Shown piece by piece: positions 1-12,700 of a stretch of 64,000 bases of DNA. A model generated the notes under the pieces. That model did no database searches. It had not been told where the DNA came from and saw only the letters and a program-made list of their open reading frames with translations. The stretch's first letter is position 1, and each line of letters opens with the position of its first letter. Source of the DNA: Strigamia acuminata (taxonomy: Eukaryota). A program made the translations under genes and the position numbers. Location of the stretch: contig OX442314.1 of the NCBI GenBank assembly GCA_949358305.1, positions 4,464,001 to 4,528,000 on the forward strand. The letters are read 5' to 3'.

Positions 1-42
1 TCTTATTACATTATGCCAATGTCACTTCAAATTTAATCCAAG

Positions 43-497
43 ATGGGAAAGCGATCAGACTTAACTGATCGTTGAAATACCAAAATAATTATTTTATTTT
101 AACCAAAACTGAAGCAAATTGACATAGTCAAAGCTATTCCTTGCTCCAGTCAACTATGTCAAAAGTTATAAAACAATTTAAGGCAAATGGTGACGAGATT
201 TTTATCCAGCAAAAATATAAACAACGCGCTCGTAAAACATCGAATACACGGACAACTCTCTTCCTGTGATTGTGAAGAAAAATAGGTTCAAGAATGCTGA
301 ATAAATAACTGAAGGATGGAAGCAAGCATCTAAAATCCAAGTGTCAACTCGCACAACATTAAAAAGGCTAAAAGAAATGGGATTCAAGTCTCGAGTTCCG
401 AAACGCAAACCACATCTTAATGCAAAACAGCGAAGAAAACGATTATTGTTGGAAAGTAAACACATGAAATGAACTGTTCATCAGTGGAAAAAAGTCA
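43..497 (+). pseudogene. Degenerate Tc1/mariner transposase N-terminal remnant
   Basis: Begins MGKRSDLTDR*; later segment VSTRTTLKRLKEMGFKSRVPKRKPHLNAKQRRKRL..*TVHQWKKV is typical of Tc1 transposases; stops and frameshifts present. Confidence 0.7.
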
Positions 498-739
498 CCA
501 GGAGGCTCCGTCCGTTCAGAGAATTAAATTCCCAGCTGAGCATGCGTGAAATAACTCATTTCGAAATTATTGCCCTCACCGACGCTTTTAAATAATTAAA
601 CAAATAATTCCCTTTGAATGAATCAATACAACGCACAAAATAGAAAAACAATTTTTTTCTTCTAAATTAAAAAAATATTGACTTTTCCTTTCTTATTAAT
701 TCCACTGCTCCTTTGAAAGTTCTCATTGCCTCCTACAAC

Positions 740-3700
740 ATGAAACCACCACGGGTTATCCGTATGTACCAAATCAATCCCAGCTGGCAAAAAGGTATCA
801 ACAAACAGCAAAATCCACTCAAATCTTATGCGTTCTAAATTTATTTCTCTTTCCCTAGGTGCCCCCAACTACGCAAAGAAAAAAATTGCCTTCATCAATA
901 ACAAGAAAATGGCGGACGCCAAGAATGATAAGATATCAATTCCGGGCTTCGATCGGATCCTCAATTCGAAGAAAAACATCGTTTACAGTATCCCGTGGTT
1001 TTTAATCATTTCTTTAAGCGCTCTCACCTGTTCCTACCAAATTTACGACAGATTCTACATCTATTTATCTCGGCCGATCGAAACTCGAATCAATCTAATT
1101 CGAAATTCCTCCGTTAAATTCCCGTCCATAACCCTGTGTCCCGGACCCGGCAATTACATGCCATTGCTCCCCATGAGAATCCAAAGAGCAAAGGAAATGG
1201 GTGTTACATCATTTTGCCCAATAAGTATTTACAGTTTGCTCAATGCGACCTTCAACATTTCTACAGTGTGGGACCTAGTATCGTTTAATGGATCATTGCA
1301 ATCGGCTTCGATAATTTCCGTAAAAAAAAAATATAAAAATACCGTATTTTACTGATTATAATAGAGCTGTGTTATTATTATGGGCGTTTCCAAAAGGGTA
1401 TTTGCTACTTTTGGCCTTATTTTAAAAAATTGTACGGGTTTTATTTGACATTTAACATTGATTTAAATACAAACGGATTAGTCCTCGAATTGTAGCCACC
1501 CTTGAATAGTAGCTGCAACTGAGACACCAAGAATACTGTATTTTTGCAAAAATGGCAGTTTTGAATAAGAGACGCGGTTCTTAATCGATAAAATACCGTA
1601 ATTCAAATTTATTGAAAATAATATTTTTTGGGCTTCAGAGGTCGACGACTCTTCTCGGAGTTGCATTATTCAAACCTCCTGCACTTTCACACGACGTTGT
1701 CACAAAAACTGTGTTCGGCTCGTGTCATACATATTCGTTCAGTAAGTTAATTAGAAAGCAATTGAACCTTGCGGCGATCCGGGTTTTTACTTATTAAATT
1801 ATTTAAATTCAATAAGCAATCGTCGTAGAGATGCCGTACAGGACTTCTACTCTGTGGCCAAATGTTTGTCTAGGGGAATGATTTTACACAGAGTAAAGGA
1901 AAAATTAGATAGTTTTAATCGTTCAAAATACAAAGGAGGTATTATTTAAAATGTTTGGGGTCGATCTGGCTTCTTCTTCAAATATACACTCACAGTTGAC
2001 CGTTGGCTCCAAGATGGCGTCGATGGCGTCGTGTGAGCGCGGGATTTTAGCGGAGTAAACTCAACGCTAAAATACGTTGCTAAAATATACTAAAAATCCT
2101 CGCGGAGCAAGCTCAACACGAGAATACGTCTTGCACACAGCGGTTTGATTATTACGGAGCAAGCTCGACGTAACAATCCGTCTTAACACAATCCGCCTTG
2201 TGGAGTTAAACTCAACACAAAGCCTTCAAATTGACAGAGCAAGCTCAATGTCAATTTACACACAGAAATGGCTTAAATTACGTGTAGTAATTCAAGCTAG
2301 AAAGTTGCTATTCCGTACAGTGGGTACAGACCAGCGATGAAACTCAATTCGTCCAAGAATCACAGATCACACTTTGCAGTTTTGGCAGAAGTTTGACACG
2401 GTTGTGAACAGTTTGGAGGTGGAATCAAGAGTGCGGGAAGAGTGGGCCAAAACCGTTTGGCTCACTTCTAAATCTGCTCAGAAAAGCTGCGCAGATGACG
2501 AGTTGCACAAAGATCACACACGGCCGCCTTCGGGTCGTGTGCAACAATTGAGCCGGGCACGCGCGAGGGGAAGGGATGCTCCGCCCAGGCACACGCCTAG
2601 CAGCATCATCAAAGTAATGCACGCTGCAGCGGGATTGGTTGACGCTGTTGCTGGGCCAAAACTTGCTGCAAAACACAATATTATTTGGGTAATATTGTGT
2701 CTTGTTTTATATTTTATTAATGTATGTTTTATTTCAATTTACATTGAAATAAAACATATAGGCTTGTTGAATATGTTTAAAAGACAATTTGGAAATATGG
2801 TGCGCACTCAAATAGGAATATTTGAGGTCACCACACTTCCCCCCCTTTTAAGAAAGAATCTTATTCTTTTCCAAAAAGAGACAGGTAAGTATGAGAATAA
2901 ATACACAAGGTTTCAAAGTAAAATGGAACAGGATATATATTTATTCTTTTTTATTACAGTAAAAAAAAATAAAAAAGGAATTATTTTCAATGAATGGGCA
3001 TGTTCCCCAATTATTTAGGCAACATGTCCGTTGAGTGATCGTTTGGATCTTTGTGCTCTGTGACGGTGCACAAAGGTCGGCCGGCGTTTGGTCCTGACCG
3101 GAAGCCAGGGTTGATGTGGAGCCACACTTGCTTTATGCGGTCCACACCATCCCTTCGTCCAAAACCCATCTCGAAGTACTCCTGCGGGTCTTGAGGCGTA
3201 ATTCGAGCGAACACCAGGCGTTGATGCAGGATCCACGGCTGCTGTTCCTTGATGTGGTTTTCCAGCCACGCGAGGACTCGGTTGCATAAATCCTCGCTGT
3301 TCTGGAGAATCGTTTTCGTCGCGCTCGTTATGTAGCAAAAGGCGTATAATGAGCGCAAACGTTGATAGGCGGTGAGGTGGGTGGCCATACTCGATCCCCT
3401 ATCTCTTGGCGGCGAATCCTTTGGAGGGGGCGGCGGTGGCGGCGACTTCTTGCAGATCGAGAGGGATCTGGATCTGCGCAAAGCCGGGGTGCGCGTCTTT
3501 GGTCTGGCACCGCAGGCCACAGGCACGACGAACTCGCGATCGTCGCTGTCGAGCCACTCCATTGGAGACGAGATGTTGCAACTCGGTGCCTCGGTCGCAC
3601 GGGAAACACTCGACGTTGCCGTGATGGCAGCGTGGAGTGGAGCTGCGGATGACGGTGGTGCGCCAGCGGGACGGGCGGTGGCTCGTTCTGCTGCGCGTCG

Positions 3701-6700
3701 CTGCTTCAGCGCAGCCCATTCCTGCCGTAGTCGAATGGCGGATCCAGCCGGAGTTTCGCCAGTCGCCTCGGCTTGTTGCGTCAATTCGGCGAGCATCGTT
3801 GGAGGATCGGGGCGAACTGACTCCCAATCGTCCAGCAAGGCTCGTGGAAGCCCTAGCGGCACGGTCCACAATCGAGTGGCGGCGGCCAGAGCAATCTGTG
3901 GGTCGGGAAAGACTCCTTGGAACAGGATTCGAAGAAGTCCCTCCGACAACTTTCTGTTCATCTTCTGCAGCGTCCGTTGCAGTTGCTTGTCGGACTTGCA
4001 CGACGTAAGCTCTCGCGCAAGCCATTGCCATTCTTTCTCTCCTTCGCGGATCTGAGCGAGTTGGTATTCGTCCAGATGCGCGAGGTACATCGTTTGGGCT
4101 GTCTCGGGAAACGATGAGAATCGCCTCCAGAGATCAGCGCACTCCTGTGCGGGAAATGGTTCTTGAGAGACGTATCCCTCAAAACGGATGACCGATGTCA
4201 CGTGTGGCACGGGCACCGATGGGTCTGGTCGCATGTCGCTGGTGACTGGACGGCAAGCGAACGGCAAAGAGGTGTTGACGTCTCCTTGACCGGCTTGCAA
4301 TGCGGCGATGCGTCGATCTTCTTTCGCTATCTCGTCCGACCAGTCAATTCGGCCGGAGGAGGAAGCGCTAGGCTGTGAAGCGTTGGACCTTTCTTCACGC
4401 GATGAGAGAGAACTCCTCGTGGAAGATTGGCGCGATTGCACTCGAGGTCGGCTTCGGGATGTGGGTCTCGACACGGACTTCGAATGTCTTTTTGGCGGCG
4501 TCGACTCGCGTCGGTGATGCGAGCGATGACGAGCCTTCTGGAGTGGAGGTAACCCTCCAATGGCGCCTTCCCCCGACGACTGTGTTGGGGAGGAGCGACG
4601 GCCACTGTAGGGCGACCTCGATGATCGTGACCTCGACGTGGAGCGCGGTGGCACCACGTGGATGGTGGAAGCGACCTGTACCCGGGGCTCAGGCTCTGGA
4701 TACGGGTTTGGCACAAAATCAGCATGGAAACATCCGCCCATGGCTAGCTGATGCATCTCCGATTGGCATGTCGGCACCCAACGTTTCTTTCCGTCCGTTG
4801 TTACACGGAAAGATTCGTGGTAGAGGCGTACAACCTCGGCCTTGGTTTGGTCCAAGCGTTGGAAAATGTCCTCCAAAATCTGTCGACGCTCCCACGCAGG
4901 AGCGTTGAAGTAACGGCGATGGTCTCGCGTTTCTTGATTGATCACTGTGAAGGCGAAGTCGAGCAACACGTTTCGCAGTGGTCCGAAGGTGTCGCGCTTC
5001 ATTGCCCACTCGAGGGCGTCGCGATGACCGAATCCATCGATTAAATAGGCGATCCGAAACTTCGTTCCCCATCGCTTGTTTAAGGCTTTTGAGAACTTGT
5101 GTCGGGCCGCCCAAAACGTCAGTCTTCCTTTAGACTTTATGATCTCCGGTGGCAAAGCGTGTCGCCAGACACCGGGAGCGGTTGGAACATCGGAGTGTAG
5201 TTCGAGATGCGTTTCCCGAAGCTGGATGATCTGTAAAAATATTCGAAGAAATAATTAAAATCCATTTTTTCGTGTAAAATAATTATTTCCGAATTTTCAG
5301 TGAATAAAATCACGGGTGAGATTTCATTCGACAGTTTAGATTCATTAAATCTTTCAAAATATTTGAAAAATCGTGAAAAACGTTGTTTCCGACGGCTATG
5401 TTTCAATGTTTGGAGCGTTGCCGTAGCAACGCCTCAAAAACGAGACACAGCGCCATCTGATGATAATAATGGCGGCGCCTTCTTGCGAAGGCGTTACCAA
5501 CGAACTTTTCGCTTTTTCCGAGTGAAAATGCACTTTTAATTACTTTTCATGACTGAAAGGTAATTTTATTTTAATTTATTTACCCGGTCGTGTCTCTGTG
5601 CACGAGTTTCGCCGTTTGGATCGGCGAATAGGCCTCCTCGAAGTTGTGGTCGGGGCGGCGCGACTGGCAAACGGGCTGCAGCGTCGGCCAGAGCGGCTTG
5701 AGCTTCGGCGGACGCTTCGGCGGATTCTTCGGTGACATCCACGGATGTATTCGAAGTATTTGCGGAACCAAGCAGCGTCGAATTCGTTTCTAATTCGAGG
5801 CTGTTGGCGCCGGCTTCGCTTCCTTCTTTCGGTTCTCCTTCTTCCATTTGAACGACTAATCCAAATGGAAAAGAAAAACGAAAATTAATTTATTAGTTTT
5901 TCCTTGGAAAATTCCAAAGAAAAAACTACTTACAATTGAAGAATCTCGTTGAAATAATCCGGTTGTTTCGCTTTTGGTTTTTTGGAGTTGAGCACTTAAC
6001 ACACGTGTGAGATCGAAGTGAACTCAGACGCGAAGTGATCAGTTCAAATACCGGAAGTTACGTTTGGGTAACGTCGCGGTTAGTGACGTCATCCAATCTT
6101 ATTGTTTGATTGGTTTGCGTATGGCTTGGGGAATTGCTCCTTACGTCATACGGCTGATCCCTGGATCTCGAGGTTAGCGAGGGGAGAAGACACATGTTGT
6201 TTTTTCCTCTCGGTTTACGAGTCCGAAGATTATATCTCTTTGTCGGCGAGGGATTTATTGTATTTAAATCGCCATCTTCATTGTCATCGGAGACTGAGTC
6301 AGATGAGTCTTTTATTTCAGATGTTTTTTGTTTCTTTTCTAAAAACACCTTTTTATTTAATTTTTTAGCAATTTCAAGCTTTTTGAAACTGTCACGAAGT
6401 TCAACGTCGTTATTCACGAGGTCTGACTCCATTTGTGGTTTGGATGAATTATCGACAGGTATTTTCTTTAATTCATCGTCATCTAACGTATTAATTATAT
6501 TTTCAGTTTTTTGACCGACTTCTTCGCCTTCTAACCATACTTCCTGATCGAAACTCGGGAAATACGGAGTTAATTCAGACGAATGGACAGCTGGAAATAT
6601 TTCGTTATTTTCTAGCTTTCTCAATTCTACGGATCCTCCCTGTAATACTTTGGTTATTACATATGGTCCTGTTCTTTTATCAGCGATGCCAGCTGCAATG

Positions 6701-9700
6701 CCGCGGGCAGCGCTCGACAAAACATGAGAATCTCTCCAAACTAAATCGTTTAATTTAAAATTGGAGAACTTCTCACCTTCTTTTTTAAGATTAACTCGTC
6801 TACGCAAATCTAACACGTGTGACATCATGTGCTGATATGTTTCGGCGATAACGGCTTCTAATTTTTGCACGTATAAATGTGGGTTTTTTGGATCTACGAC
6901 CAAAATTCCTTCAGGTATTCTTGGATCCCAAGGTACTCTGAGTTCGCGAAAAAAGTTAAGAAATGCGGGAGAGAAGTCTCTTCCTCTCGTCACCGTAGTT
7001 CTCAAACTAAATGCAAATTCACGCAAATATTCGTCCCATTTGGAATGAACCGATGAATAAATTGCAACCAAATATTTGATGTCACGGTTAACCCTTTCAA
7101 CCGGGTTAGCTTGTGGGTGATACGTTGAAGTTGGTGTTGGAACCATCTTGAACTTTTCACAAAATTTTTTAAAGACTTGGGCTCGAAATTGCGGGCCGTT
7201 GTCAGAAATAATTTTACGAGGGAATCCCATGCTCATGGAAAGGTGATAAATACAATTTGCTACTTTTCCAGCAGTGGGGTTACACATTGGATATAATTCT
7301 GGCCAATGAGTTGCCACGTCAAGTATGACTAAAATATGTGTGTTGTTTTTGCGCGTCCGAGGTTTCGGGCCGGTCAAATCAACACTTAGGCAGTCAAATG
7401 GGCTGTAAGGACCCATTTGCGCTGCTTCAATTTGTCCTTTCGTTCGAGGCTTGCAAGCTTGACAACGCTCGCAATGTCGAATGAATCTCGTAATGTCCGA
7501 TTTCATGCCTTTCCAGGTATAAATTCGGCGCGCTCGATAAAGAGTCCTTGCAATTCCTGGGTGGCCAGAAAGTGGGTGGCCATGCATTAGCCAAATAATT
7601 TTATACTTCAATGTCTGAGGTACAAAAACTTTGAGTGCTCTCCCATCCTCCCCCAATTCATCAGACATTGTGGGATGAAATTGCATTAATAAGTCATCTT
7701 CAATTAAGAAGGTGGTTGCGTGTTTTCTATATTGTTTCCTCTGGAGTCGCGTTGTGACGTCAGGCGGAAATTGATTACAATTTAAAAAATTACGCATCAA
7801 TTGGCAAACTTTATCTTCTTTTTGGGCCTTGATTATGTCTTCCCTTGTGGGAGGTTCACAATCAAGACGTTCTACAATTTTGGCGACAAATGCTTTTATT
7901 AAAACATTTGACGAAGGAACTTGGAATTTCCTTGAAATTTGCGCTCTTATGACGTCATCTGATTCCTCAGAGGAGTCATAAATTTTAGTCCAATAGTTGA
8001 CGAATTCATGATCTTCCTTTTCCTCCAGTGTGGAGACAGGAAGTTCATGAAATTTTCCCATTTTCCAATTTCGTTGAGGTGATGGACAGTAAGATAATAA
8101 TTCATCATTATCTCCATCATCTTCAGGATTTTCCGGTTTGTCAATCGGTGATCTGGATAAAGCATCCGCTAAAACATTTAGTGGACCTTTAATATATTGT
8201 ATTTCGAAAGAGTAGCGCATTAGCTCCATTTGCCAACGCGCTAACCTTCCGGCAGGTTCGTCTAACTGCATCAACCATTTTAATGCTTGATGGTCAGTCC
8301 TTACTATGAATGTTGTAAATTCCAAGTAATGTCGAAATTTACGTAATGCCCAGATTACCGCTAGGCACTCCAATTCTGTGGCGCTGTAATTTATCTCAGC
8401 AGGTTGCAAACTTCTGCTGGCATAAACACAAGGCACTTCGATATTTTGATCATCGATTTCCCTCATTTGCATAAGCGCGGCGCCAAGTCCTTTTCTGCTG
8501 GCGTCGGTATGCACAATAAATGGTTCTGTCAAATCAGGCATGGCCATTGTTTCTGCATTCGTCAAAGCATCTTTTATTTGATCAAAAGCTTCTTGATGAA
8601 TTTCTGACCAAATAAATTCCACATCCTTTTTGAGTAAAGGACGTAGAGGTTCTGTCATGACTGCTAGATTCTTGAGTAATCTGTGAAAAAAGTTCACCAT
8701 TCCCAAAAATCTTTGCAACTCTTTCAAATTTGAAGGAGCTGGCATTTCTTTAATGGCGGCGACTTTTTTAGGGTCGACACTAACTCCTTGAACACTTAAC
8801 TTGTAGCCAAGAAAAGTTAATTCTTTTCTGCCAAATTTTGATTTTTCTGGATGAACATGAAGATTTGCATTTTCAAGTTTACTCAGAATTTCTTCCAGAT
8901 GAATCATGTGTTCTTCAAAATTTTTAGATATAATAATTATATCATCGAGGTATGCCCATGCGAATTTTCGATAGGCGTCCCCCAAAATCTTTTCTATCAA
9001 CTTTTGGAAAGTTGACGGCGCATTTACGAGACCAAAGGGCATGACTCGAAATTGTAGTCGACCCAAAGGGCTCCAAAACGCAGTTTTAGCACGGTCGTTC
9101 GGATGAACCTCTATTTGCCAATAGCCTTTTGACAAATCTATCGTTGTGACCCATTCAAATCTTCCGAGTTCTCGCAAGATTTCCTCAATGCTCGGCATTT
9201 GAGGAGGATCGTATAATGTATGTGCATTGAGTGGTCTAAAATCAATGCATAGTCTCGGATCACAATCCGGACGCATCACTAGAACTATTCGCATTCCATA
9301 GTCTCCAGTGGCTTGTTCGACGTACCCATTATCCAACATATCTTGACAGATTTGACGGATAATTTCACGTTTCTGTGGATTTACGCTTTTAAACGGAACT
9401 CTAATTGGAACTTTAGTGTCCAGTTTAATTTCATGCCTAACGAGGTGTGTTCTACCTGGTCGGCGAGATAAAATCTTTTCATGTTTCTTTAATACTCTTT
9501 CAAGCATTAAATTATTTTCCATTGACAAATTAGCGTCGCTAACAAGTCTTTGTACTATATTTTCTTCATCGGCAACTTTAGCTTGACATGCAGTGGCGGA
9601 ACCAGCTTTCATGTGATTTGCTTTAATAAAGTCGCGTTTCATGATTTCTTCGGGTGGATCAAGGAACTCTTGATAACGATCAAGAATCGCTTGAGGAACA

Positions 9701-12700
9701 AAAGGTAAATCTTCTTTCAAAGACTTGACAAAATTCCAAGACATGGTCTTAGGATTTGGTTGAATATTGAGTCGATTCATGAAATCACATCCTAATAAAA
9801 TAATAGGATATTTATTTCTTAAAATTATGAATGGATGACTTAACATCCTGTGAGTCCACGCAAAAGAAAGTAGGAGAGTTCTTTCAGGGACTACATCTTC
9901 TGAAGCAGTCGTAACTCTCACATCCGGTCCAATTGGTCGAATTTCGTCTTCCATCTTCAGTGAAATTACTACGGAGTAGGCCATGAAGCTTCGATTAGCT
10001 CCAGAGTCTAACATCCCTGTTATCATACCGTTTGCCGTCTGCAATCGAATTGTCGGCAAATCATTGCTGTTTGGTATGTCCGCGTATTTGCATTTAAAAC
10101 GTCGCGGTGGTTTAATTTCTATCGGCGGATCCAATGGTAATTCGTCCAATAAATCATTAGTGACTAGCGTTGTAGCCATTAATTTTTCAATACAATCGTC
10201 AAGACCAGGTAAATCAATTTTATCTGACCTTTCAACAATTTCAGGTGTTGGCCTAGCTTTTTCATCAAGTAAAGTAACAGCATCTTTTATTTTAGATTCC
10301 CAATCAACTTTTATTTGTTGAACTTTTTCTTTAAAAAATTCTTCAGTGATGTTTTCATTTTGCAGCACAAGCCTTAAACTGGAAACATCAATTTTTGGAA
10401 ATACTAAATTATTTTCGATTTCTAATTTAATCTGAGTATTCAAAAATTCATCTAAAATTTGAGATGGTGTTAGTTCTTTTTCCGAGGCGTTGGGCGTCGC
10501 ATCCACTAGACCGTCTGGATGCGCGCTTACAAGTTTTTTAGAAGTTCGCCGATTGATTTCATCGATTTTTCGAACTCCTCAATGATCTTGTCTTTGCTCG
10601 ATTTCCTATCAGGACATTCTTTAGCCCAATGTCCCAATTTTTTACAAATATTACACGGGTCAGTAGCAGGCGATTTCGCGACTTTTGGCGAAGGCGAACT
10701 TGAACGTTTGGCTTCGTCCTTTTTAGGGGTCGGCGACTTCGATCTACTGAGCGCGTCTGTCTTTGGTGAACCAAAAGTAACGTTTTTAGGCGCCATCTTT
10801 GGTCCAAATTTTCGAGCTACTGCGTTATTACGGGCTAATAAAGCAGCTGCAGCCTCGCTTTCTGGTTCCGAGTCAGATTTCTCTGGTTCAGAAGCAGTTT
10901 CCATTTCAGTCACTTCGGCTAAGTGAGCTTTAGGGGTTGGATGTGGATTTTTCCCATCCGATCCCTTTTTAGATTCCTTAGCAGTCTCTGCCAAAAAATC
11001 TCCTCGTTTTGGGGGTTGCAAAAGAGGGGTATTAGCAAAACGTGTATCTTTAGCTAATTCCTTTCTCCGTTGCTGTCGCTTAGCGTACGCAACTTTTTCA
11101 TCAGCTGGTAGATAAGCTTTATAATTTTCGTCAATCCTTATTTGATTGGCTCGCATAAATTTGGCTAATTCAGCGAAACCACCCGGATAAGGTGCTCGTA
11201 CTGAAAGTAGAACATTTTTTGAATAATCTGTCAATCCACGTCGGAATTGACGATCAATGGCTGCATCTCCCATCGTATAAGGGAGAGTGACCAATAAATC
11301 CTCAGTCCTTCTTAAATAAGAGCGAAGACTTTCGCCTTTATTTTGAGAAAGATTATCCCACATTTGTAATAAGTCTTCACTTGACTCTCCATACTCAGTC
11401 ATGAATTCTTCTACAAAGTGGTTCCAATTTTGAAATTGTTTAGAATAAAACCATTTCTCAGCTCGGTCTATAAGAGCTTTAGGTACTACTCTTTTCAAAG
11501 CAGTGTGACATGCAATGCCATTCAACCTTGAAATTCGTAAAACTTCATCTAAAAGAGTGGATCCAGCTTCCCATTCTCCATCGAATAAAGCGGGTTTGAT
11601 GTGATCCCATCTAATAGTTCTTTCATCAACTAGATCGTGCGTCCAGTTGTTGGCAGTGTATTGAGCAATTTTCTGTCGTAGTGCAATGTCAGCATTATCG
11701 GCAGTAGCGTCAGATCGATCGGAAGATCGACGATCAGCTAATAATCGATCAATTTCTTCAGCAGTGTAATAATGTGTATTACGCCGAGAAGAATGGCCTC
11801 GATGTCGACGTCGATGAGATCGATGTCGATTATCGCGTTCTTGTTGCGCATTCACATCAGAATCCGACCTTGAATCAGATTGTGAATTTGAAGGCGTGTT
11901 AAAATGTGGTGTTTCAGGTGGGTCGGGTGGGTCGCCGTCATCGTCTGGCGGTCGACGTCCACCTCCAGGTGGTCCATCTCCATGTCCATCTGGATTTCCT
12001 CCATCTGGTGGATTTCTTCTATACTGACCCCCACCTGGCGGGCTTTCATGTCCGTCGGGTGGTTCGCGTGCTGGATTCGTGTCTCGTCGACTTCTTTTCG
12101 ACGAGTCTTGCTGTTGAGCCAGTGGTATCATTCGAGTAACATGAATACCAGTTTCATGCCGCCTATTTCGATCATCTACCATTCCCAACAGTCGGTCACT
12201 GTTGTGAAAAATAGGATTTCGATTACCTGGGAGCGGATTGCGATCAGCTCTCCGTTCCTCGGAATCTGAAGGACGTTTTCTTTTTGAGCGATGGCGGCGA
12301 CGCGAACGTTGGTCGTCATCACTCGATAATCCAGATTGGCTACTTAACTCTGAAACAACGGAAATTGTTATTGTTTCGGGAGTCAAAATAGGGACAGTTG
12401 GCGCAGCCATTTCTGGTTGCACCAATTGGTCAGTATAATTTCTTGCTTGCAAACGATCTTTCATTTCTGCAAGCTCTTCTTGAGCGCGCAACAAATCAGC
12501 TCGGAGAATTTCATTCTCATTTATTTGATTTTGCGATTCTTCTGGTTGTAATCGCTTAGCAGGGTTGCTAGACTTGACTTGTCCGCTCGTACTGGGTTGA
12601 TCCAGCGAGTGGAAAATCTCGTCTTCACGCTTAGCTATTTTGCTTTCGCGAGTACGCTGTGTTTTAGCACGTGTGTCTAATTCAGCAGCATATCTCACTA

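Noticed and set aside
2044..2257. LTR hairpin array as a CRISPR array or simple minisatellite
   Set aside because: The constant part is only the hairpin apex and the variable parts pair with each other, so it is neither repeat-spacer nor simple tandem duplication.
2374..3018. 214-aa and 178-aa (14118-14654) + strand ORFs in the element A LTRs
   Set aside because: Antisense to the element, non-ATG start, no recognisable motif; duplicated only because the LTR is duplicated.
3011..5155. ORF3 as an envelope protein
   Set aside because: No evident signal peptide, TM anchor or Cys-rich ectodomain; composition is Arg/Ser/Pro-rich.
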